Part shown: piece by piece, positions 24,726 to 37,339 of the stretch
How positions within the stretch are numbered: position 1 is the first letter of the stretch
Layout: each line of letters begins with the position of its first letter
Assembly: GCF_004010195.1 (NCBI RefSeq)
Contig: NC_057739.1
Span: 1,496,181 to 1,560,180, forward strand
DNA length: 64,000 bases
From: Chiloscyllium plagiosum
Lineage: Eukaryota
Reading direction: 5' to 3'
Made by a program: the position numbers and the translations under genes
Notes under the pieces: generated by a model
The model's database searches: none
Seen by the model: only the letters and a program-made list of their open reading frames with translations
Told to the model about the DNA's origin: nothing

Positions 24726-24834
24726 CTCCCAGACATACAGTCTGTGTTTCAGTCCCAACTGTGTGTAGTCAATCACTGAATTACCTCGTAAATTATTTCG
24801 GGCATGTTTAAAATCTCCCAGTGCCTCATCAAAC
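24726..24834 (-). CDS. NOXA1: NOXA1-like (p67phox/NCF2 family) coding exon, TPR/Rac-binding region (equivalent to third coding exon)
   Basis: Minus strand reads ttatag|G TTT GAT GAG...TGG GAG|gtaag. 109 bp, phase 2 to 0, encoding (R)[36 protein letters not shown]. Matches the LRGN..IDY.QLGL...L..WE signature of NOXA1/NCF2. Not in the ORF track because it is short. Confidence 0.9.
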
Positions 24835-25479
24835 CTATAATGATAAAGAGAATATTTTACATACATGGAATTGAATTATCCCAGACTAACACACAAGAAG
24901 CAGAAGCGAGTCTAGAGAGGGGGATAGAAATCTAGATTAATGTACAGAATGTGTTAATCCACATTAACATTCCAAAATTGAACTGATCTCCAGAGGCCTA
25001 CAGGATCTGCAGTTTGGTGATGATTGTAATGCATTGCTAACTCTGCACCAGACTTGAAAGCCACACTGAATCTACTCAATTCTACACACAAGAAACCCAG
25101 CTAAAACAAAACTCATGTCAACTTAGACCTAGTCAGTTTGAAATATTTAACGATCCATGTGTGTTGAAGCAGACACTCTGTAGCATGTTGAGCACTTCTC
25201 ACATTTTGGCAGCTATACTGAATTGAATTAGCTTTATTGTCACACGTACTAGATCACCAATTGCAGCACCATTTTAGGTACAAAGGTACCTAGGTACAAT
25301 TCTTAGTTACAGAATGGAGAAATTAAGAAAAAAAAAGTTATCTACAGCTATACACAGTATGACCATAAATTAGAAAATAAACAGGCAAAGTTTAGAAGAC
25401 ACACATCACAGTCTCTCTCCAAAGGCTTTCTGTAGCAGACCAGCGCACCCAGACATTCAACTCCTGAAAAGAAAGTAAA

Positions 25480-26500
25480 ACTCCCTTGACACCATCCCCA
25501 ACAAACACTCATAGGACAGGGACCGCAAGGGGTCAAATACAGAATAAAACTCTCTCTATTGTTTCAGATTAAAGTAGAGCTCTCTCTATTCATTGATGCA
25601 GAAAGTAAGTGTCTCCAAACACTGCCTCCATCAAACATTCCAAAAAACAGGGACATCATGGGATTAAGTGTCGAGTGAAGGACTCTCTTTTAAAATAAAA
25701 GTAAACATTCCTCCACCCTACCACCAACAAGAGACACTCTAACCACCATCCATTGACATTCAATGATATTACTACCACTGTAATGTGCCATCAGAACGCA
25801 CCACCTTGGGGTTACTATTAACCAGAAACCCAACTGGACTCATCACATAAACAGAGTGGCTACAAGAGCAGGTCAGAGACTAGGAAAACTGCAGCAAGCA
25901 ACTCCTGACACCCCAAAGTCTATCCACCATCTACAAGGCACAAGTTAGGTGTGTGATGGAATACTCCCCACTTGCCCTGGATGGGTGCAGCTCCAACAAC
26001 ATTCAAGAAGCTTGACACCATCCAGAACAAAGTAGCTCCTGCTTGATTGGCACTACATCTACAAATATTCAATCCCTCCACCACTGGCACTCACTAGCAG
26101 TAATGTGTACTATCTACAAGATGCAATGCAGAATTTCACCAAAGATCCTTAGACTGCACCTTCCAAACTTGGGAACACCACCACTGCAAGTTCCCCTCCA
26201 AGCCACTAACCATCCTGGCTTGGAAATGTACCGCCGTTCTTTCACAGTCATTGAGTCAAAATCCTGGAATTGCCTCCCTAGCAGCATTGTGGGTCAACCC
26301 ACAGCAAGTGGACAGCAGCGATTCAAGAAGGCAGCTCACCACCACCTTCTCAAGGGCCAGCCAGTGACACCCAAGTCCCACAAATGAATAAAAAAAACTG
26401 AAAGCAAACTGAAAGTTAAGCGTCCTTGACACTGTCTCCCATCCAAAAATCCCAGGACAGGACTAGATATAGTGTAAAGCTACCTCTACTCTTTTAAACT
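25480..26500 (+). repeat. Degenerate approximately 65-bp minisatellite/satellite units, split by a LINE insertion; further units at 30975-31141
   Basis: Related units: cccaacaaacactcataggacagggaccgcaaggggtcaaatacagaataaaactctctcta (about 25497), cccatccaaaaatcccaggacaggactagatatagtgtaaagctacctcta (about 26438) and gacaggtacagcacagagttagaaacagattaaacctc (about 30982). Confidence 0.55.
25720..26400 (+). mobile_element. 3' portion of L2/Crack-like LINE with poly-A tail
   Basis: ORF 26043..26387 (SLHHWHSLAVMCTIYKMQC...FKKAAHHHLLKG), ending aatgaataaaaaaaa. Confidence 0.7.
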
Positions 26501-26579
26501 GTGTAAACATGAAAAACCATTTCCACCAACCACAAAAGCTACGCATGGCCTAGCACGCAATGAACTTAACCTACAACTG

Positions 26580-29500
26580 CAGAGGACTCCTGGGTGCTGC
26601 ACTCTCCACCCCAGATCCTTGATGGAAAAGGTAAGGAGCCTTTTGTAAAAGGCCTTCCGGTAGGGAGTGACCCAGACAGGATTCACCTCTGTCCAGTTCT
26701 AAAAGGTTACGGAGAGGATTTCTTTGAGACGGCTCAGATTGTGGGGCACCGTATCATGGAGGAGGGTCTGTTGGGCGGGGCCAGTGTCAAGTTCCAGACA
26801 ACCAGGGACCAGTTCGTTTGGAAGTCCACTGCATAGCTCACCCAACTTGATTTCACAGGAGGCGTTAGGGCGGAGTACCTTGTCCTACAGGCTCTGCATA
26901 GCTTGGTTGTGAACCAGATGTGGATTCACATCTTCTCAGCCAGCTGCACTGGCATCATCCAGCTCACACCTCCACCTTCCGACAATCCCTGACCTTGGTC
27001 AGCCTGTTGCCCCAAGCCCTGTGATCTGCCAGCCAGCAGAAACCGCAGCTCCCTTTTGAAAGGTGCCACTCTTGCAGAGACAATGCTCTGGTGTGAGCAG
27101 ACCATATCCCAGATTTTGATCAGGTCCAAGTAAAAGTCAAGCAATTCCTCGAAGAAGACCCAAGGGCAGGACCACTCCACAAACAGGAACTGTGTTTCAC
27201 AATTGATGCCATGCACCATAAGGAAGAAATATGTCATCAGGGCGCACCACCTTGGAGAAGGCGCAACATAAAGGTATCATTGCAGGGGATGAAAGTCGCT
27301 TCCTGGGTGCAGAGACACATCAGCTCCTGAATGATATGGGAATAAGATACTGTTGCAAACACAGACATGGAGGAAGGAAGGAGAAACTGAACAGGCTGGG
27401 GCTCTTTTCCCCTGGAATGTCAGAGGCTAAGATTATAGAAGTTTATAAGATCATGAGGAGCATGTATAGGGTGGATAGCCAAGGTCTTTCTCCTAGAATT
27501 GTGGAGCCCAAAACTAGAAGGCATAGATTTAAGGTGACCTGATGGGTAACGTTTTCATGCTGAGAGGGGTGTGTTGATGGAACAAGATGGCAGAGGAAGT
27601 GGTGGATGCAGGTAAAATTACAACATTTAAAAGGCATCTAGATGGGTATATGAATATGATGGGTTTAGAAGGATATGGACCAAGTGCCACAAATGCTCTT
27701 CAAAAGAAGTAATCTCAGTCGAGCTTACATTTTAAAAAAAGGATGACTACTTTGCTGGGATTATATTAGTGGCTTCTCAACAATCAGAGGGACATTGTGG
27801 AGCAGATATTCATGCAAATCACAGAAAGAAGTGAGAGAAACAGGTTAATAGCTGCAGGAGATTTTAACTCTGTTAACATTAATTGGGATCACCACAGTGT
27901 GAAAGGATTGCATGGGGTGGATTTTTTTAAATAAGTGCATCCAAGAGAACTTCTTGTGCCAGTACACAGATTGTCCTACTAGAATTGGGGTATTGCAATA
28001 TCGAATCCCAGAGAATGAAGCCAAGTGGTTTAAGTTTCAGTAGGCAAGCATTTTGAGACTGTGACCACAACTCAGTAATGGATAAGGATAGTGCAGACGT
28101 GAAGTGTCTAACTGGGGGAAGACTAATATCAATATCATGACAAACAGACGGAGCAGTTACTTGTAGTTAAGTCTACATTTGGAAAGAGGGAGCCTTTTAA
28201 AAGTAATGTGTGAGAATTCAGAGCCAGCTTGTTCCTCTAGGAGCGAAGGGCAAGGGCAGTAATCTAGGGAATCCTGGATGCTAAGGGATAGAGTGTTTTA
28301 AAAAGGTAAAGAAGGAAGCATATGTCAGGTACAGCTCATTAAAAACAGAGGAGACCTTTCCAAAATATAGTGTGTATAGGGGATTGCATAAAAGAAGAAA
28401 TTAGGAGGGCAATTTGAAGCAGCACGGTGGCTCAGTGGTTAACACCTCTGCTTCACAATACCAGGGGACCCTGGAAGGGAGGTGGTGTCCAGTTACGGTA
28501 ACACCACTGAATTTCAAGGAGCACTGGCTAGATTGTCCCTTAATGGTGATGATCATTACCCTGGCATTTGTGTGGCGTGAATGTCAATTGCCACCTGTCA
28601 TCCCAAGCCTGGATATTGTCCAAATGCAACAAGATCTGGACGTGGACTGCTTCAGTATCTGAGGAGTCACTGAATATTGCACAATCATCAGCAACTATCC
28701 CTATTTCAGATCTTAGGGATGGAGGGAGGGTCACTGATGAAGCAGCTGAAGATGGTTGGGCCAAGGACAGTACCCTGCAGAGATGTCCTGGAGTTGAGAT
28801 GACCAACTTTCAGGAACCACAACCATCTGCAATGTGTCAGGTATGACTCTAACCACCAGACAGTTTGTCCCTGAATTCCCACTGATTACAGTTTTGCTAG
28901 AGCTTCTTGATGACACACTCGGTCAAATGCAGCCTTGATGTCAAGGGTTGTTCCTCTCAGTCAAGGGCTGTCCCTCTCCTCTCCTCTCCCCTCTGGAATT
29001 CAGCTCTTTTGTCCATGTTTGAACTAAGGCTGTAATGAGGTCAGGAGCTGAGTGGCCCTGGTGGAACCTAAACTGAGCATCAGTGAGCAGGTTGTTGCTG
29101 AGAAGTTGTTACTTGATCGCACTGTTGATGACATCTTCCATCACTTTACTGATGATCGAGAGTAGGCTGATGGGGAAGTAATTGACTGGTTTGGATTTTG
29201 TCATACTTTTCATATACATGACATACTTGGGCAATTTTCCACATTGTCAGGTAGATGCCAGTATTGTAACTGTACTGGAACAGCCTGGCTAGGGGAGCAG
29301 AAAGTTCTGTCAGTGCTGTAACCTAAGGCAGTACCCAGTGTCTCCAACCATTTCTACACAGCATGTAGAGTGAATTGAATTGACTGAAGAATGGTATCTG
29401 TAACACTAGGGACCACTGGAGGAGGCTGAGATGGATCAAACACTCACCACTTTCACCTGAAGATTGCTGCAAAAGCTTCAGCCTTACCTTTTGCCCTGAT

Positions 29501-30900
29501 GTGCTGGGCTCTTCCATTGTTGAGAATGGAGATATTTGTGGAGCCTCCTCCTCCTCCAGTGAGTTGTTTACTTCACCACCACCATCCAAATGATGTGCAG
29601 GGTATGTGTATGTTAGGTGCACTGGTTTAGGGGTAAATGTAGAGTAATAGGGTATGGGGAATGGGTCTGGGTGGGTTACTCTTTGGAGGGTTGGTGTGGT
29701 CTGCTGCATGGAGACCATTGAAAAGCAGGAGACATACAACCTCAAAATGTAAGTGCAGTCAATTCTGCACATTCAGCCATCAGGCTTCACAAGGTGATAG
29801 ATATCCGGATGAATCTCCATCTATCAAGTGAAAGGACTTAACCAAGCCCCTCAACATCCCCAGTGGCGCTGAGCTCATCTGGGCACCTTTACAGTCCCTC
29901 CTTTTCAGGATATAATTAAATCTCTCCAGAGGAGAATGATTCCACCCTCATCAATGGAGCTGCGGGGAACAAACACTTTGTTGAAGAAGCTTGTCAGCTC
30001 AGATCCCAGCTGAGACGGGTAAACATTCATGAAGTGAATCAGCATGTCCCCAAACCGAACTGTGAATTGGAGCAAATGGCCTAGCACATTCTCCTTGATC
30101 CTCAAGATCTCTGGATGAAAAGATGGGGCCAACAAGACAGCCATCCCACCAGGACTGGAGACCAGGTGATTAATGTAGACTCCTCCCAGCTACTCCAGGA
30201 GCCACCTGACTTCGTCTCCTGGAATGGGCTAAGTTTCTTTCAGGAGGCTGACCACGGACTCCTATTCCTCAAAGAACTAGAGGATACAAAATCTGCGCTA
30301 TGCCCCTCTGCTGCCATTGACATTGAAGCTGGCTACAGTGGCCTTCATGGCAACAGTAATGTGCAATCATTACCACTTTCACACCTGTTGGGTCCTACAC
30401 CAACCAAACTTTGCCTCCGAGACCCGGCGTCTTCTAGAATTTGTCTGTGGGGATAAGGGTGACCTCATCCGTAAGCACCACATCTCCCACCACCTCATCT
30501 AAGTCTGCGGTGCTCATGATTAATGATCTTTTGGATCATCGCCTCTGACCCCTCTCCCACACAAAAAGTGTGGTGGGCTGGTTAGAAAGGTGAGAGAGCA
30601 GTGTAGGGGCCAGGAGGGATGGTGGAAAGAGAAAGAGGGGCAGATTGTGTGGAGGCAGAAGATAGGGAAATGTAGAGCTGATGAAGAGACATAGAAGAGG
30701 GAGGGAAGGAAGAGGAGCAAGCCTCAAACCATCCCAAGGGACTACAGCAAGAGGATTTTCTGCAGTGACCCTTGCAGTTTCAATTAAAATGCCAGGGGCA
30801 TTGGGCGGCAGTTGGTCAGAATCTGACTCCACTCCAGGCACTGGGTCACCATCTGAATTAGGGGGAAGATTCCTTTTGAAGGTGGAGGTGATCAGCATAA
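26580..30900 (-). mobile_element. Fragmented Tx1/L1-like LINE (ORF1 end, ORF2 endonuclease, RT C-terminus) with nested CR1 (27370-28415) and L2-like (28470-29590) insertions
   Basis: ORF2 start MKATVASFNVNGSRG at 30348(-). APE-like MAVLLAPSFHPEILRIKENVLGHLLQFTVR..FMNVYP (ORF 29905..30144). ORF 26926..27237 resembles the Tx1 ORF2 distal region. Confidence 0.65.
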
Positions 30901-31141
30901 ATGTCTGGGAAGGAACGAGGAGGATTGGGCTGGCATGGTGGCGCAGCTGTTAGCACAGCTGCCTCATACTTAGGATTCTGTGACAGGTACAGCACAGAGT
31001 TAGAAACAGATTAAACCTCACCCAATACCATAAAACTGAAAGTAAAGCTTGCTCAACACCATCTCCTTCAAACAGTCCTGCGGCAGGTTAGAGGGTTAGA
31101 TAAAGAATAAAGTAACCCCTTCTCTGAAGTTCCTTCTATAA

Positions 31142-31641
31142 NNNNNNNNNNNNNNNNNNNNNNNNNNNNNNNNNNNNNNNNNNNNNNNNNNNNNNNNNNN
31201 NNNNNNNNNNNNNNNNNNNNNNNNNNNNNNNNNNNNNNNNNNNNNNNNNNNNNNNNNNNNNNNNNNNNNNNNNNNNNNNNNNNNNNNNNNNNNNNNNNNN
31301 NNNNNNNNNNNNNNNNNNNNNNNNNNNNNNNNNNNNNNNNNNNNNNNNNNNNNNNNNNNNNNNNNNNNNNNNNNNNNNNNNNNNNNNNNNNNNNNNNNNN
31401 NNNNNNNNNNNNNNNNNNNNNNNNNNNNNNNNNNNNNNNNNNNNNNNNNNNNNNNNNNNNNNNNNNNNNNNNNNNNNNNNNNNNNNNNNNNNNNNNNNNN
31501 NNNNNNNNNNNNNNNNNNNNNNNNNNNNNNNNNNNNNNNNNNNNNNNNNNNNNNNNNNNNNNNNNNNNNNNNNNNNNNNNNNNNNNNNNNNNNNNNNNNN
31601 NNNNNNNNNNNNNNNNNNNNNNNNNNNNNNNNNNNNNNNNN
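31142..31641. other. Assembly gap (500 N); other gaps at 1069-1230 and 4976-4988
   Basis: Runs of N. Confidence 1.
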
Positions 31642-31944
31642 GTGATAGAGCTAAGCAATCCCAAATGCAACAGATGAGATCTAAGCTCTGCAGTCCTGCC
31701 ACATCCAGTCGTGAGTGGCAGTGGATGATTAAGCAACTCACTGGAGAAGGAGGCTCCAGAACAAAGCAGCCCGCTTGATTGGCACTGCATTCACAAGCAT
31801 CTGCTCCCTCCACCATCAACACTCAGTAGTAGCAGTGGGTACTACCTACGCACCAAAGATCCTCAGACAGGACCTTCCAAACCAATAACCACTTTTATCT
31901 AGAATGACAAGGGCAGCAAATATATGGGAACATCACCACCTTCA

Positions 31945-34900
31945 GGCAGAAAGGGCATTGGTGACTCCCAGTCTGCGTTGAGGAAGGCAGGTGCTGCAGG
32001 AGTTCCTTGTGGCCATCCCCCTTTCTAACAGATATATTGGTGGGAGAGATGACAACTTTGCAGGGAAAATCCAACTTCATGGCACCACAGATGGGTCTGG
32101 ATCTGATGCACAAGAGGGAAGGAAGAAGAATAGCAGGGCTACAGTGGCAGGGGAATTCAGTTGTTCGGGAAATGGACAGGCATGTCAGCCACAAAAGATC
32201 CTCCAGATGGTATGTTGTCTCCCAGGTGCCAGAGTCGGGGATGTCACTGAATGGCTGCAGGGCATTCTGAGGGGGAGAAGGCAAACAGACAAATATATAT
32301 ATTGATACCAAAGACATAGGTAGGAAAAGGGATGAGATCCTGAAAACAGAATTTAGGAAGCTGGAAAGTTTATTAAAGGATGGGACTCATAGAACATAGA
32401 ACATTACAGCCCAGGACAGGCCCTTCAGCCCTCGATGGTGTGCTGACATGTGGAACCAATCTGAAGCCCATCTAACCTACACTATTCCATTCTCATCCAT
32501 ATGTTTATCCAGTGACCATTTAAAAGCTCTTAAAGTTGGCGAGTCTATTACTGTTGCAGGCAGTGCGTTCTACACCCCTACTACTCTCTGAGTAAAGAAA
32601 CTACTTCTGACATCTGTCCTATATCTATCACCCCTCAATTTAAAGCTATGTCCCCTTGTGCTAGCTATCGCCACCTGAGGAAAAAGGCTGTCACTGTCCA
32701 ACTATCTAACCCTCTGAATATCTTATATGTCTCAATTAAGTCACTGTCAACCTCCTTCTTCTCTAATGAAAACAGCCTCAAGTCCCTCAGCGTTTCCTCA
32801 TAAGACCTTCCCTCCATACCAGGCAACATCCCTTATATGTCTCAATTAAGTCTAGTTTCAAGCTTCTTCTCTCTAATGAAAACAGCCTCAAATCCCTCAA
32901 CCTTTCCTCATAAGACCTTCCCTCCATACCAGGCAACATCCTAGTAAATCTCCTGTGAACCCTTTCCAAAGCTTCCACATCCTTTCTATAATGCAGTGAC
33001 CAGAACTGTATGCAATACTCCAAATGCAGCCACACCAGAGATCTCATGGTTCCGAAACTCAATCCCTATACCAATAAAAGCTAACACACCGCATGCCGCC
33101 TTAACAACCCTATCAAACTAGGTGGCAACTTTCAGGGATCTATGCACTTGGATACTGAGATCTCTCTCTGCTCATCTACACTACCAAGAATCTAACTATT
33201 CGCCCAGTACTCTGCATTCCTGTTACTCCTTCCAAAGTGAATCACCTCACACTTTTCCCATTAAACTCCATTTGCCGCCTCTCATCCCAGCTCTGCAGCT
33301 TATCTATGTCTCTCTGTAACCTATACCATTGTTTGTCACTATCCACAACTCTTAGTGTCATCTGCAAATTTACTAACCCATTCTTCTATGCCCTCATCCA
33401 GGTCATTTAAATAACAGACAAACAACAGTGGACCCAAAACAGATCCTTGCGGTACCCCACTAGTAACTGATGGGGATGAATATCTCCCATCAACCACCAC
33501 CTCTGTCTTCTTTCATCTAGCCACATTCTGATCCAAACTGCTAAATCACCCTCAATCCCATGCCTTTGTATTTTGTGCAATAGCCTTCCATGGGGAACCT
33601 TATCAAACGCCTTACTGAAATCCATATACACGACATCAACGACTTTAACCTCATCTACCTGTTTGGTCACCTCAACGAACTCAATGAGGTTTGTGAGGCA
33701 CGACCTACCCTTTAAAAAACTATGTTGACTATCCCTAATCAACTTATTTCTCTCTAGATGATTATAAATACTATCTCTTATAACCTTTGCCAACACTTTA
33801 CCCACAACCGAAGTAAGGCTCACAGGTCCATAATTTCCAGGGTTGTCTCCATTCCCCTTCTTGAACAAGGGGACAATGTTTGCTATTCTCCAGTCTTCTG
33901 GCACCATTTCTGTAGACAATGATGACATAAAGATCAAATCCAAGGGCTTGGCAATGTCCTTCCTGGCTTCCCAGAGAATCCTAGGAAAAATGCCATCTGG
34001 CCCAGGGGACTTATCTATTTTTTACACTTTACAGAATTGCTAACACCTCCTTGTGAACCTCAATCCCATCTAGTCTAGTAGCCTGTATCTCAGTATTCTC
34101 CTCGAACACATTGTCTTTTTCTAGTGTGAATACTGACGAAAAGTATTCATTTAGCGCTTCCCCATCTCTTCTGACTCCACGACAACTTCCCATTACAATA
34201 CTTATTTACCCTAATCTTACTCTAATCATTCTTTTATTCCTGATATACCGATAGAAATCCTTGGGGTTTTCCTTGATCCTATCCACCAATGACTTCTTAT
34301 GTCCCCTCTTGGCTCTTTTTAACTCTCTCTTTACATCTTTCCTGGTTAACTTGTAACTCTCAAGCACCCTAACTGAGCCTTCACATCTCATCTAACATAA
34401 GCCGCCTTCTTCCTCTTGAAGAGATAATCACCTTCCTTTGTAAACCACAGCTCCCGCGCTTGACAACTTCCTCCCTGCCTGACCGGTACATACTTATCAA
34501 AGACCCATAGTAGCTGGTCCTTGAATAAGCTCCACATTTCAATTGTGTCCATCCCCTGCAGTTTCCTTCCCCATCCTATGCATCCTAAATCTTGCCTAAT
34601 CGCATCTTAATTGCCTTTCCCCCAGCTATCACTCTTGCCCTGCGGTATATACCCATCCCTTTCCATCACTAAAGCGAACATAACCGAATTGTGGTCGCTA
34701 TCACCAAAGTGCTCATCTGTGTTCAAATCTAGCACCAGGCCAGATTCATTAGCAAGTACCAAATCCAATGTGGCCTTGCCCCTTGTTGGCCTGTCTACAT
34801 ACTGTGTCAGGAAACCCTCCTGCACACATTGGACAAAAACTGACCCATATAAAGTACTCAAACATGACCCAAAAGCTAATAATCTCTGGATTACTTCTGG

Positions 34901-37330
34901 TGCCATGTGTGAGTGAGTATGGAACTGAAGATTAGTGCAGATGAATTTGTGGCTGGAGAAATGGTGGAGTTGGGAGGGATTTTAGATTTCTAGGATATTG
35001 GTACCATTCCTGGGGGCAGTGGGGCCTGTACAAGGAAGACAGATTGTACCTGAACCGGAATGGCACCAGCAAACTTGCATGAATATCTGCTATTGCTTTT
35101 TGGGAGGGCTTAAACTAACTTGGCAGAGGGCTCGGATCCAGAAAGAATGTTGAGCATGGAGATAAACAGCCAAAATCAAATGTGACAGCAAGTGAGTCAG
35201 CAAGGCATAGGGCAAATAAGCGACAATGGAGTTTGGCAAGGTTTGATAGTATTTATTTCAGTGCTGGAATCTGACAAACAAGAGAGATGAGTTGAGAGAA
35301 CACATTAACGCAGGTGGGTTAATTGCTGTCACTGAGACATGGTTGAGAGAGGAGCAAGACTGGCTGCACAATATTCCAGGATACAGGGTCTTCAGGAGTC
35401 AGGGAAAGAGATAAAAGGGGAGGAGGCATCCCAAATTTGATCAGGGAATCTATTACAACAGTAAGGAGAAAAAGACATCTTAAAAGGCTCCTCAAATGAA
35501 ACCTCACGGATGGAACTTAAAATTTTTAAAAGGAACAAGCACATTGCTGGGCCCTGAAGGCCCCATAACAGTCCATGAGAAATGGAAGAGCAGATTGAGA
35601 GGCAAATTTCAGGGAAGTGTCAATGTAGTAGGGGGTTTCAACTTCTGCAGTCTTAAATGGGGCTGTCAATATGTGAAAGACTTTGAACATGAGCAAAATT
35701 CTTAAAATGAATATAGCTCAGTTTTTAAAGTGAATAAATAGAATGCCCTACAAGAGATGGAAGTGGTCCAGGACCTAATTTTCGATACGGAAGATGGGCA
35801 AGTCATAGGGTCACAGAGATGTACAGACCCTTCTGTCCAACCTGTCCATGCCGACCAGATATCCCAACCCAAACTAGTCCCACCTGCCAGCACCTGGCCC
35901 ATATTCCTCCAAACCATTCCTATTCATATACTCATCCAAATGCCTCTTAAATGTTGCAACTGTATTAGCCTCCACCATTTCCTCTGGCAGCTCATTCCAT
36001 ACACATACCACCCTCTGCGTGAAAAAGTTGCTCCTTAGGTCTCTTTTATATCTTTCTCCTATCACCCTAAATCTATGCCCTCTAGTTCTGGACTCCCCCA
36101 CCCCAGGGAAAAGACTTTGTCTTTATCCTATCCATGCCCCTCATAATTTTGTAAACCTCTATAAGGTCACCCCTCAGCCTCCGACGCTCCAGGGAAAACA
36201 GCCCCAGCCTGTTCAGCCTCTCCCTATAGTTCAAATCCTCCAACCCTGACAACATCCTTGTTGAAGTATAAATGGAGAAGCATTTTTCAGACAGTAATGA
36301 TGATTCAGGTAGATTTGATTGAGGTGGAAAACGACAAGAATGGGCCTGAAATCAAAGTTCTCAACTGGGGAAGGCTATTTTCAATAAAATTAGGAAAAAC
36401 GTGGCTGGTCTAATTAGTAAGTTTCCGGACGATACAAAGATTGTTAGAATTACAGATAGTGAAGAGTATTATTAGAGGATAGAGCAGCATATAGATTGGT
36501 TGGAGGCATGAGCAGAAAAATGGTAGATGGATTTTAATCTGGACGAATGGGAGGTGATCATTTGGAAGGCCAAGTACAGATGAAAATTATGCAGTGAATG
36601 GTAGAATCCTTAGGAGTATTGCTATGCAGAGGAATCTGGGTGTGCAGGTCCACAGGCCACTGAAGGTGGCAACGCAAATGGATACAGTAATAAAAAAGGC
36701 CTATGACATGCTAGCTTTCATTGGAAGGGCATTGACTATAAGGATAGGCAAGTTTGCTGCAGCTTTATAGAACTTTAGTTAGGCCACACTTGGAATATTG
36801 CATACAGTTCTGGTCACCACACCATCAAAAGGATGTGGATGCTTTGGAGAGGATACAGGAAAGGTTTATCAGAATGTTGCCTGGTATGGGGGATTTTAGC
36901 TAGGAAGAAAGGTTAGATAGACGAGGCTTGTTTTCACTAGAATGAGGGAGGTTGCTGGGTGACCTGATAGAAGTTTATGAGTTTGTGAATGGCATGGATA
37001 GAGTGAAGGTATGAGGCTTTTTCCCAAGGTGGGTGGGGTCAATTACTAGCAGACACAGGTTCAAGGTGCAGGGGGATGTTTAAAAGAGATGTGTGAGGTA
37101 CATTTTTCACACAAACGGTGGTGAGTGTCTGGAACCCACTGCCAGAGGAGGGGGCGGAAGCAGACACAACTGCAACATTCAAGAAGCACCTGGACAAATA
37201 CATGAATGGGAAGAGAATTGAGGGATATGGATCCTGTAAGTGAAGAAAGTTGTGGTATGGAGGGCAATATGTATTGGCATGGGCTTGGAGGGCTGAAGGG
37301 CCTGTTCCTGTGCTGTATTGTTCTTTGTTC
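31945..37330 (+). mobile_element. CR1 LINE retaining ORF1 esterase-like domain, split by two minus-strand CR1 insertions (32389-34855 and 35800-36260)
   Basis: VAIPLSNRY..MVCCLPGARVGDVTEWLQGIL (ORF 31991..32305, CR1 ORF1 SGNH/esterase). Resumes at about 34860 with the ORF1 end, then endonuclease (about 35250-35790), RT and 3' tail (36410-37330). Confidence 0.75.
32389..34855 (-). mobile_element. CR1/HER1 LINE ORF2, relatively young
   Basis: ORF 33407..33943 (PEDWRIANIVPLFKKG..YMDFSKAFDKVPH), ORF 34607..34906 (FGDSDHNSV) and ORF 32787..33062. Confidence 0.9.
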
Positions 37331-37339
37331 CATTCCTAA

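Noticed and set aside
25150-25200. Minus-strand VCFNTHG, resembling the ICFNIG motif of NOXA1/NCF2 exon 1
   Set aside because: The frame is bounded by nearby stops, with no surrounding similarity, no suitable donor and no recognisable exon 2.
31068-31822. ORFs of 228-240 aa (and similar ones at 864-1567)
   Set aside because: They are made largely of N-gap translation.
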